Positions 53,100-64,000 of a stretch of 64,000 bases of DNA are shown in pieces. A program made the translations under genes and the position numbers. The DNA is from Antedon mediterranea (lineage: Eukaryota; Animalia; Echinodermata). Each line of letters begins with the position of its first letter. Position 1 is the stretch's first letter. Where the stretch lies: positions 13,006,771 to 13,070,770 of the forward strand of contig NC_092676.1 of the NCBI RefSeq assembly GCF_964355755.1, read 5' to 3'. Below the pieces are notes generated by a model, which was not told the DNA's origin, ran no database searches, and saw only the letters and a program-made list of their open reading frames with translations.

Positions 53100-55340
53100 A
53101 AACTTTTCACACAAAAAAATCAAAGTGCACAAAATAGCTTCAAATCGCATTTGGAGAGGTTTTAGACCATTTTGTGCATTTCGATAAAACTTTTCACACA
53201 AAAACATCAAAGTGTACAAAATAGCTTCAAATCGCATTTAGATACGTTTTAGACCATTTTGTGCATTTCGATGAAACTTGGTTACACAAAAACATCAAAG
53301 TGCTTAAAATCACATTTAAAACCGTTTTAGAGCGTTTTGAGCATTTCGATAAACTTTTTACAAAAAAACATCAAAGTGCACAAAATAGCTTCAAATCGCA
53401 TTTAGAGATGTTTTAGACCATTTTGTGCATTTCGATAAAACTTTTCACACAAAAACATCAAATTGCACAAAATAGCTTAATACCGTGTTTGAAATCATTT
53501 TAAACCATTTTGAGCATGTCGATAAAACTTTTCACACAAAAACATCAAAGTGCACAGAATATCTTCAAATCGCATTTAGAGACGTTTTAGACCATTTTGT
53601 GCATTTCGAAAAAATTTGTTAACATAAAAAGACCAAAGTGTTTAGAATATCTCCAAATCGCATTTGGAGACGTTTTAGACCATTTTGTGCATTTCGATGA
53701 AACTTGGTTACACAAAAACATCAAAGTGCTTAAAATCACATTTGAAACCGTTTTAGAGCATTTTGAGCATTTCGATAAAACTTTTCACACAAAAACATCA
53801 AAGTGTACAAAATAGCTTCAAATCACATTTGAAACCGTTTTAGACCATTTTGAGCATTTCGATAAAACTTTTCACACAAAAACATCAAAGTGTACAAAAT
53901 AGCTTCAAATCGCATTTGGAGACGTTTTAGACCACTTTGTGCATTTCGATGAAACTTGGTTACACAAAAACATCAAAGTGCTTAAAATCACATTTGAAAC
54001 CGTTTTAGAGCATTTTTAGCATTTCGATAATACTTTTCACACAAAAACATCAAAGTGTACAAAATAGCTTCAAATCGCATTTGGAGACGTTTTAGACCAT
54101 TTTGTGCATTTCGATGAAACTTGGTAACACAAAAACATCAAAGTGCTTAAAATCACATTTGAAACCGTTTTAGACCATTTTGAGCATTTCGATAAAACTT
54201 TTCACACAAAAAAACCAAAGTGCACAAAATAGCTTCAAATCGCATTTGGAGAGGTTTTAGACCATTTTGTGCATTTCGATAAAACTTTTCACACAAAAAC
54301 ATCAAAGTGTACAAAATAGCTTCAAATCGCATTTAGAGACGTTTTAGACCATTTTGTGCATTTCGATGAAACTTGGTTACACAAAAACATCAAAGTGCTT
54401 AAAATCACATTTAAAACCGTTTTAGAGCGTTTTGAGCATTTCGATAAACTTTTTACAAAAAAACATCAAAGTGCACAAAATAGCTTCAAATCGCATTTAG
54501 AGATGTTTTAGACCATTTTGTGCATTTCGATAAAACTTTTCACACAAAAACATCAAATTGCACAAAATAGCTTAATACCGTGTTTGAAATCATTTTAAAC
54601 CATTTTGAGCATGTCGATAAAACTTTTCACACAAAAACATCAAAGTGCACAGAATATCTTCAAATCGCATTTAGAGACGTTTTAGACCATTTTGTGCATT
54701 TCGAAAAAATTTGTTAACATAAAAAGACTAAAGTGTTTAGAATATCTCCAAATCGCATTTGGAGACGTTTTAGACCATTTTGTGCATTTCGATGAAACTT
54801 GGTTACACAAAAACATCAAAGTGCTTAAAATCACATTTGAAACCGTTTTAGAGCATTTTGAGCATTTCGATAAAACTTTTCACACAAAAACATCAAAGTG
54901 TACAAAATAGCTTCAAATCACATTTGAAACCGTTTTAGACCATTTTGAGCATTTCGATAAAACTTTTCACACAAAAACATCAAAGTGTACAAAATAGCTT
55001 CAAATCGCATTTGGAGACGTTTTAGACCACTTTGTGCATTTCGATGAAACTTGGTTACACAAAAACATCAAAGTGCTTAAAATCACATTTGAAACCGTTT
55101 TAGAGCATTTTTAGCATTTCGATAATACTTTTCACACAAAAACATCAAAGTGTACAAAATAGCTTCAAATCGCATTTGGAGACGTTTTAGACCATTTTGT
55201 GCATTTCGATGAAACTTGGTAACACAAAAACATCAAAGTGCTTAAAATCACATTTGAAACCGTTTTAGACCATTTTGAGCATTTCGATAAAACTTTTCAC
55301 ACAAAAAAATCAAAGTGCACAAAATAGCTTCAAATCGCAT
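53100..55340 (+). repeat. 1095-bp tandem duplication (2 copies)
   Basis: ORF pair 53597/54692. Markers ACCACTTTG (53931/55026) and TGGTAACAC (54122/55217). Confidence 0.87.
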
Positions 55341-55739
55341 TTGGGGACGTTTTAGACTATTTTGTGCATTTCGAAAAAATTTGTTAACATAAAAAGACCA
55401 AAGTGTTTAGAATATCTCCAAATCGCATTTGGAGACGTTTTAAACCATTTTGTGCATTTCGATGGAACTTGGTTACACAAAAACATCAAAGTGCTTAAAA
55501 TCACATTTAAAACCGTTTTAGAGCATTTTTAGCATTTCGATAAAACATTTCACACAAAAACATCAAAGTGCACAAAATAGCTTCAAATCGCATTTAGAGA
55601 TGTTTTAGACCATTTTGTGCATTTCGATAAAACTTTTCACACAAAAACATCAAATTGCACAAAATAGCTTAATACCGTGTTTGAAATCATTTTAAACCAT
55701 TTTGAGCATGTCGATAAAACTTTTCACACAAAAACATCA

Positions 55740-58010
55740 AAGTGCACAAAATAGCTTCAAATCGCATTTGGAGACGTTTTAGACTATTTTGTGCATTTTG
55801 AAAAAATTTGTTAACATAAAAAGACCAAAGTGTTTAGAATATCTCCAAATCGCATTTGGAGACGTTTTAGACCATTTTGTGCATTTCGATGGAACTTGGT
55901 TACACAAAAACATCAAAGTGCTTAAAATCACATTTAAAACCGTTTTAGAGCATTTTGAGCATTTCGATAAAACTTTTCACACAAAAACATCAAATTGCAC
56001 AAAATAGCTTAATACCGTGTTTGAAATCGTTTTAAACCATTTTGAGCATGTCGATAAAACTTTACACAAAAAAACATCAAAGTGCACAGAATAGCTTCAA
56101 ATCGCATTTGGAGACGTTTTAAACCATTTTGTGCATTTCGATAAAACTTTTCACATAAAAACATCAAAGTGTACAAAATAGCTTCAAATCGCATTTAGAG
56201 ACGTTTTAGACCATTTTGGGAATTTCGATGAAACTTGGTTACACAAATACATAAAAATGCTTAAAATCACATTTCAAACCGTTTTAGAGCATTTTGAGCA
56301 TTTCGATAAAACTTTTCACACAAAAACATCAAAGTGCACAAAATAGCTTCAAATCGCATTTAGAGATGTTTTAGACCATTTTGTGCAATTCGATAAAACT
56401 TTTCACACAAAAACATCAAATTGCACAAAATAGCTTAATATCGTGTTTGAAAACGTTTTAGACCATTTTGAGCATGTCGATAAAACTTTTCACACAAAAA
56501 CATAAAAGTGAACAGAATAGCTTCAAATTGCATTTGGAGACGTTTTAGAGCATTTTGTGCATTTCGATAAAATGTGTTAACATAAAAAGACCAAAGTGTT
56601 TAGAATATCTTCAAATCACATTTGGAGACGTACTTTAGACCATTTTTTGCATTTCGATGAAACTTGGTTACACAAAAACATCAAAGTGCTTAAAATCACA
56701 TTTAAAACCGTTTTAGAGCATTTTGAGCATTTCGATAAAACTTTTCACACAAAAACATCAAAGTGTACAAAATAGCTTCAAATCGCATTTAGAGAGGTTT
56801 TAGACCATTTTGTGCATTTCGATAAAACTTTTCACACAAAAACATCAAAGTGTACAAAATAACTTCAAATCGTATTTAGAGACGTTTTAGACCATTTTGT
56901 GCATTTTGTTAAAACTTTTCACACAAAAACATCAAATTGCACAAAATAGCTTAATATCGTGTTTGAAAACGTTTTAAACCATTTTGAGCATGTCGATAAA
57001 ACTTTTCACACAAAAATATCAAAGTGCACAGAATATCTTCAAATCGCATTTAGAGACGTTTTAGACCATTTTGTGCATTTCGAAAAAATTTGTTAACATA
57101 AAAAGACCAAAGTTTTTAGAATATCTCCAAATCGCATTTGGAGACGTTTTAGACCATTTTGTGTTTTTCGAAAAAACTTTTCACACAAAAACATCAAAGT
57201 TTACAAAATTGCTTCAAATCGCAATTGGAGACGTTTTAGACCATTTTGTGATTTTCGAAAAACTTTTCACACAAAAACATCAAAGTGTAGAAAATTGCTT
57301 CAAATCGCAAAAAAAATGTTTTGAGAGATGTTTTAAAACAATTTTGTGCATTTCGAAAAAATTTGTTAACATAAAAAGACCAAAGTGTTTAGAATATCTC
57401 CAAATCGCATTTGGAGACGTTTTAGACCATTTTGTGCATTTCGATGACACTTGGTTACACAAAAACATCAAAGTGCTTAAAATCACATTTAAAACCGTTT
57501 TAGAGCATTTTTAGCATTTCGATAATACTTTTCACACAAAAACATCAAAGTGTACAAAATAGCTTCAAATCGCATTTGGAGACGTTTTAGACCATTTTGT
57601 GCGTTTCGATGAATCTTGGTTACACAAAAACATCAAAGTGCTTAAAATCACATTTAAAACCGTTTTAGTGCATTTTGAGCATTTCGATAAAACTTTTCAC
57701 ACAAAAACATCAAATTGCACAAAATAGCTTAATATCGTGTTTGAAAACGTTTTAGACCATTTTGAGCATGTCGATAAAACTTTTCACACAAAAAAATAAA
57801 AGTGAACAGAATATCTTCAAATCGCATTTAGAGATGTTTTAGACCATTTTGTGCGTTTCGATAAAACTTCTCACACAAAAACATCAAATTGCACAAAATA
57901 GCTTAATATCGTGTTTGAAAACGTTTTAGACCATTTTGAGCATGTCGATAAAACTTTTCACACAAAAACATAAAAGTGCACAGAATAGCTTCAAATCGCA
58001 TTTGGAGACG
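55740..58010 (+). repeat. 2.3-kb block duplicated from about 22820-25090
   Basis: Offset 32920 for ORFs 22869/55789, 23089/56009 and 24151/57071. Shared GAGACGTACTTTAGAC insertion (23705/56625), TTTTGGGAATTTCG variant and poly-A aberrant monomer. Confidence 0.92.
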
Positions 58011-61000
58011 TTTTAGACCATTTTGTGCATTTCGAAAAAACTTTTTAACATAAAAACACCAAAGTGCTTAGAATAGCTTCAAATCGCATTTGGAGACGTT
58101 TTAGACCTTTTTGTGCATATCGATGAAACTTGGTTACACAAAAACATCAAAGTGCTTAAAATCACATTTGAAACCGTTTTAGAGCATTTTGAGCATTTCG
58201 ATAAAACTTTTCACACAAAAACATCAAAGTGTACAAAATAGCTTCAAATCACATTTGAAACCGTTTTAGACCATTTTGAGCATTTCGATAAAACTTTTCA
58301 CACAAAAACATCAAAGTGTACAAAATAGCTTCAAATCGCATTTGGAGACGTTTTAGACCATTTTGTGCATTTCGATGAAACTTGGTTACACAAAAACATC
58401 AAAGTGCTTAAAATTACATTTGAAAGCGTTTTAGAGCATTTTGAGCATTTCGATAATACTTTTCACACAAAAACATCAAAGTGTACAAAATAGCTTCAAA
58501 TCGCATTTGGAGACGTTTTAGACCATTTTGTGCATTTCGATGAAACTTGGTTACACAAAAACATCAAAGTGCTTAAAATCACATTTGAAACCGTTTTAGA
58601 CCATTTTGAGCGTTTCGATAAAACTTTTCACACAAATAAATCAGAGTCCACAAAATAGCTTCAAATCGCATTTGGAGACGTTTTAGACTATTTTGTGCAT
58701 TTCGAAAAAATTTGTTAACATAAAAAGACCAAAGTGTTTAGAATATCTCCAAATCGCATTTGGAGACGTTTTAAACCATTTTGTGCATTTCGATGGAACT
58801 TGGTTACACAAAAACATCAAAGTGCTTAAAATCACATTTAAAACCGTTTTAGAGCATTTTGAGCATTTCGATAAAACTTTTCACACAAAAACATCAAAGT
58901 GTACAAAATAGCTTCAAATCGCATTTAGAGAGGTTTTAGACCATTTTGTGCATTTTGATAAAACTTTTCACACAAAAACATCAAATTGCACAAAATAGCT
59001 TAATACCATGTTTGAAATCGTTTTAAACCATTTTGAGCATGTCGATAAAACTTTTCACAAAAAAACATCAAAGTGCACAGAATAGCTTCAAATCGCATTT
59101 GGAGACGTTTTAAACCATTTTGTGCATTTCGATAAAACTTTTCACATAAAAACATCAAAGTGTACAAAATAGCTTCAAATCGCATTTAGAGACGTTTTAG
59201 ACCATTTTGGGCATTTCGATGAAACTTGGTTACACAAATACATAAAAGTGCTTAAAATCACATTTAAAACCGTTTTAGAGCATTTTGAGCATTTCGATAA
59301 AACTTTTCACACAAAAACATCAAAGTGTACAAAATAGCTTCAAATCACATTTGAAACCGTTTTAGACCATTTTGAGCATTTCGATAAAACTTTTCACACA
59401 AAAACATCAAAGTGTACAAAATAGCTTCAAATCGCATTTGGAGACGTTTTAGACCATTTTGTGTATTTCGATGAAACTTGGTTACACAAAAACATCAAAG
59501 TGCTTAAAATCACATTTGAAACCGTTTTAGAGCATTTTTAGCATTTCGATAATACTTTTCACACAAAAACATCAAAGTGTACAAAATAGCTTCAAATCGC
59601 ATTTGGAGACGTTTTAGACCATTTTGTGCGTTTCGATGAATCTTGGTTACACAAAAACATCAAAGTGCTTAAAATCACATTTAAAACCGTTTTAGTGCAT
59701 TTTGAGCATTTCGATAAAACTTTTCACACAAAAACATCAAATTGCACAAAATAGCTTAATATCGTGTTTGAAAACGTTTTAGACCATTTTGAGCATGTCG
59801 ATAAAACTTTTCACACAAAAACATAAAAGTGAACAGAATATCTTCAAATCGCATTTAGAGATGTTTTAGACCATTTTGTGCGTTTCGATAAAACTTCTCA
59901 CACAAAAACATCAAATTGCACAAAATAGCTTAATATCGTGTTTGAAAACGTTTTAGACCATTTTGAGCATGTCGATAAAACTTTTCACACAAAAACATAA
60001 AAGTGCACAGAATAGCTTCAAATCGCATTTGGAGACGTTTTAGACCATTTTGTGCATTTCGAAAAAACTTTTTAACATAAAAACACCAAAGTGCTTAGAA
60101 TAGCTTCAAATCGCATTTGGAGACGTTTTAGACCTTTTTGTGCATATCGATGAAACTTGGTTACACAAAAACATCAAAGTGCTTAAAATCACATTTGAAA
60201 CCGTTTTAGAGCATTTTGAGCATTTCGATAAAACTTTTCACACAAAAACATCAAAGTGTACAAAATAGCTTCAAATCACATTTGAAACCGTTTTAGACCA
60301 TTTTGAGCATTTCGATAAAACTTTTCACACAAAAACATCAAAGTGTACAAAATAGCTTCAAATCGCATTTGGAGACGTTTTAGACCATTTTGTGCATTTC
60401 GATGAAACTTGGTTACACAAAAACATCAAAGTGCTTAAAATTACAATTTAAAGCGTTTTAGAGCATTTTGAGCATTTCGATAATACTTTTCACACAAAAA
60501 CATCAAAGTGTACAAAATAGCTTCAAATCGCATTTGGAGACGTTTTAGACCATTTTGTGCATTTCGATGAAACTTGGTTACACAAAAACATCAAAGTGCT
60601 TAAAATCACATTTGAAACCGTTTTAGACCATTTTGAGCGTTTCGATAAAACTTTTCACACAAATAAATCAGATTCCACAAAATAGCTTCAAATCGCATTT
60701 GGAGACGTTTTAGACTATTTTGTGCATTTCGAAAAAATTTGTTAACATAAAAAGACCAAAGTGTTTAGAATATCTCCAAATCGCATTTGGAGACGTTTTA
60801 AACCATTTTGTGCATTTCGATGGAACTTGGTTACACAAAAACATCAAAGTGCTTAAAATCACATTTAAAACCGTTTTAGAGCATTTTGAGCATTTCGATA
60901 AAACTTTTCACACAAAAACATCAAAGTGTACAAAATAGCTTCAAATCGCATTTAGAGAGGTTTTAGACCATTTTGTGCATTTTGATAAAACTTTTCACAC

Positions 61001-61655
61001 AAAAACATCAAATTGCACAAAATAGCTTAATACCATGTTTGAAATCGTTTTAAACCATTTTGAGCATGTCGATAAAACTTTTCACAAAAAAACATCAAAG
61101 TGCACAGAATAGCTTCAAATCGCATTTGGAGACGTTTTAAACCATTTTGTGCATTTCGATAAAACTTTTCACATAAAAACATCAAAGTGTACAAAATAGC
61201 TTCAAATCGCATTTAGAGACGTTTTAGACCATTTTGGGCATTTCGATGAAACTTGGTTACACAAATACATAAAAGTGCTTAAAATCACATTTAAAACCGT
61301 TTTAGAGCATTTTGAGCATTTCGATAAAACTTTTCACACAAAAACATCAAAGTGTACAAAATAGCTTCAAATCACATTTGAAACCGTTTTAGACCATTTT
61401 GAGCATTTCGATAAAACTTTTCACACAAAAACATCAAAGTGTACAAAATAGCTTCAAATCGCATTTGGAGACGTTTTAGACCATTTTGTGTATTTCGATG
61501 AAACTTGGTTACACAAAAACATCAAAGTGCTTAAAATCACATTTGAAACCGTTTTAGAGCATTTTTAGCATTTCGATAATACTTTTCACACAAAAACATC
61601 AAAGTGTACAAAATAGCTTCAAATCGCATTTGGAGACGTTTTAGACCATTTTGTG
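57500..61655 (+). repeat. 2027-bp tandem duplication (2 copies)
   Basis: ORF pairs 58693/60720 and 59000/61027. Markers GACCTTTTTGTGCATATCG (58104/60131), CCATGTTTG (59006/61033) and GTGTATTTCG (59461/61488). Confidence 0.92.
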
Positions 61656-63474
61656 CATTTCGATGAAACTTGGTTACACAAAAACATCAAAGTGCTTAAA
61701 ATCACATTTGAAACCGTTTTAGACCATTTTGAGCATTTCGATAAAACTTTTCAGACTAAAAAATCAAAGTGCACAAAATAGCTTCAAATCGCATTTGGAG
61801 ACGTTTTAGACTATTTTGTGCATTTCGAAAAAATTTGTTAACATAAAAAGACCAAAGTGTTTAGAATATCTCCAAATCGCATTTAGAGACGTTTTAGACC
61901 ATTTTGGGCATTTCGATGGAACTTGGTTACACAAAAACATCAAAGTGCTTAAAATCACATTTAAAACCGTTTTAGAGCATTTTGAGCATTTCGATAAAAC
62001 TTTTCACACAAAAACATCAAAGTGTACAATATAGCTTCAAATCGCATTTAGAGAGGTTTTAGACCATTTTGTGCATTTCGATAAATCTTTTCACACAAAA
62101 ACATCAAAGTGTACAAAATAACTTCAAATCGTATTTAGAGACGTTTTAGACCATTTTGTGCATTTTGATAAAACTTTTCACACAAAAACATCAAATTGCA
62201 CAAAATAGCTTAATATCGTGTTTGAAAACGTTTTAAACCATTTTGAGCATGTCGATAAAACTTTTCACACAAAAACATCAAATTGCACAAAATAGCTTAA
62301 TATCGTGTTTGAAAACGTTTTAAACCATTTTGAGCATGTCGATAAAACTTTTCACACAAAAATATCAAAGTGCACAGAATATCTTCAAATCGCATTTAGA
62401 GACGTTTTAGACCATTTTGTGCATTTCGAAAAAATTTGTTAACATAAAAAGACCAAAGTGTTTAGAATATCTCCAAATCGCATTTGGAGACGTTTTAGAC
62501 CATTTTGTGCATTTCAATGAAACTTGGTTACACAAAAACATCAAAGTGCTTAAAATCACATTTGAAACCGTTTTAGAGCATTTTTAGCATTTCGATAATA
62601 CTTTTCACACAAAAACATCAAAGTGTACAAAATAGCTTCAAATCGCATTTGGAGACGTTTTAGACCATTTTGTGCATTTCGATGAAACTTGGTTACACAA
62701 AAACATCAAAGTGCTTAAAATCACATTTGAAACCGTTTTAGACCATTTTGAGCATTTCGATAAAACTTTTCACACAAAAAAATCAAAGTGCACAAAATAG
62801 CTTCAAATCGCATTTGGAGACGTTTTAGACTATTTTGTGCATTTCGAAAAAATTTGTTAACATAAAAAGATCAAAGTGTTTAGAATAACTCCAAATCGCA
62901 TTTGGAGACGTTTTAAACCATTTTGTGCATTTCGATGGAACTTGGTTACACAAAAACATCAAAGTGCTTAAAATCACATTTAAAACCGTTTTAGAGCATT
63001 TTGAGCATTTCGATAAAACTTTTCACACAAAAACATCAAAGTGTACAAAATAGCTTCAAATCGCATTTAGAGAGGTTTTAGACCATTTTGTGCATTTCGA
63101 TAAAACTTTTCACACAAAAACATCAAAGTGTACAAAATAGCTTCAAATCGCATTTAGAGACGTTTTAGACCATTTTGTGCATTTCGATAAAACTTTTCAC
63201 ACAAAAACATCAAATTGCACAAAATAGCTTAATACCGTGTTTGAAATCGTTTTAAACAATTTTGAGCATGTCGATAAAACTTTTCACAAAAAAACATCAA
63301 AGTGCACAGAATAGCTTCAAATCGCATTTAGAGAAGTTTTAGACCATTTTGTGCATTTCGATAAAACTTTTCACACAAAAACATCAAATTGCACAAAATA
63401 GCTTAATATCGTGTTTGAAAACGTTTTAAACCATTTTGAGCATGTCGATAAAACTTTTCACACAAAAATATCAA

Positions 63475-64000
63475 AGTGCACAGAATATCTTCAAATCGCA
63501 TTTAGAGACGTTTTAGACCATTTTGTGCATTTCGAAAAAATTTGTTAACATAAAAAGACCAAAGTGTTTAGAATATCTCCAAATCGCATTTGGAGACGTT
63601 TTAGACCATTTTGAGCATGTCGATAAAACTTTTCACAAAAAAATATCAAAGTGCACAGAATATCTTCAAATCGCATTTAGAGACGTTTTAGACCATTTTG
63701 TGCATTTTCGATGAAACTTGGTTACACAAAAACATCAAAGTGCTTAAAATCACATTTAAAACCGTTTTAGAGCGTTTTGAGCATTTCGATAAAACTTTTC
63801 ACACAAAAACATCAAATTGCACAAAATAGCTTAATACCGTGTTTGAAATCATTTTAAACCATTTTGAGCATGTCGATAAAACTTTTCACACAAAAACATC
63901 AAAGTGCACAGAATATCTTCAAATCGCATTTAGAGACGTTTTAGACCATTTTGTGCATTTCGAAAAAATTTGTTAACATAAAAAGACCAAAGTGTTTAGA
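63475..64000 (+). repeat. Block matching about 48700-49224 (offset 14776), truncated by the window end
   Basis: ORF pair 48747/63523 and a shared 1-nt insertion GCATTTTCGATG (48926/63702). Confidence 0.8.

Larger units (their letters stand above)
1..64000 (+). repeat. Tandem satellite DNA array, 87-bp basic monomer with 78-bp and 88-bp variants, about 750 head-to-tail copies, running off both window ends
   Basis: The motifs CGTTTTAGAccATTTTGwGCATTTCGA and CACAAAAACATCAAAGTG recur every 78-88 bp from the first to the last line, always in the same orientation. Monomer lengths were counted directly at 14674-15100. The copy number is 64000 divided by ~85. Confidence 0.99.

Noticed and set aside
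113-63714. Over 100 short ORFs (MCISKKFVNIKRPK..., MKSLSKCSK..., MRFEAIL...) that look like a multicopy gene family
   Set aside because: They are translations of the satellite. Most plus-strand ones begin at TTG/GTG inside the repeat, they overlap in several frames and on both strands, and they end at the recurrent AAATAG stop. I recognise no domain and see no gene context.
1-64000. CRISPR array (conserved ~28-nt motif at regular spacing with some dyad symmetry)
   Set aside because: The intervening sequences are homologous, repeated variants rather than unique spacers, and there is no leader or cas gene.
1-64000. Strand inversion or embedded transposon within the array
   Set aside because: I saw no reverse-complement monomer (e.g. 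TCTAAAACGTC) and no non-satellite stretch longer than about 20 nt.
1-64000. Assignment to a named satellite family or organism (alpha satellite, CEN178, telomeric repeat)
   Set aside because: Monomer length and sequence match none that I can recognise with confidence. A database search is required.

Overview
The whole 64 kb window is one uninterrupted, head-to-tail, single-orientation AT-rich satellite array (about 31% GC in the consensus), with no unique sequence, genes, RNA genes or transposon insertions that I can see. The basic monomer is 87 bp (GACGTTTTAGACCATTTTGTGCATTTCGATAAAACTTTTCACACAAAAACATCAAAGTGYACAAAATAGCTTCAAATCGCATTTRGA), with stable 78-bp and 88-bp subfamilies; this gives roughly 750 monomers. 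A few monomer classes follow a preferred order (a 427-bp 5-mer and variants) rather than one fixed higher-order repeat. On top of that sit recent tandem duplications of 0.4-4 kb and a mosaic of long duplicated blocks 26-33 kb apart. All listed ORFs are translations of the satellite and are rejected. The sequence looks like eukaryotic centromeric or pericentromeric heterochromatin (inference); I cannot name the organism or family. I found no new protein-coding system. The interest is structural: a fold-back dyad in the monomer, a CENP-B-box-like motif confined to the 78-bp class, ~10-bp A/T-tract phasing, a length-compensated deletion plus duplication, a probable gene-conversion patch and a CpG-decay signature. 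Everything was aligned by eye, so block boundaries are approximate.
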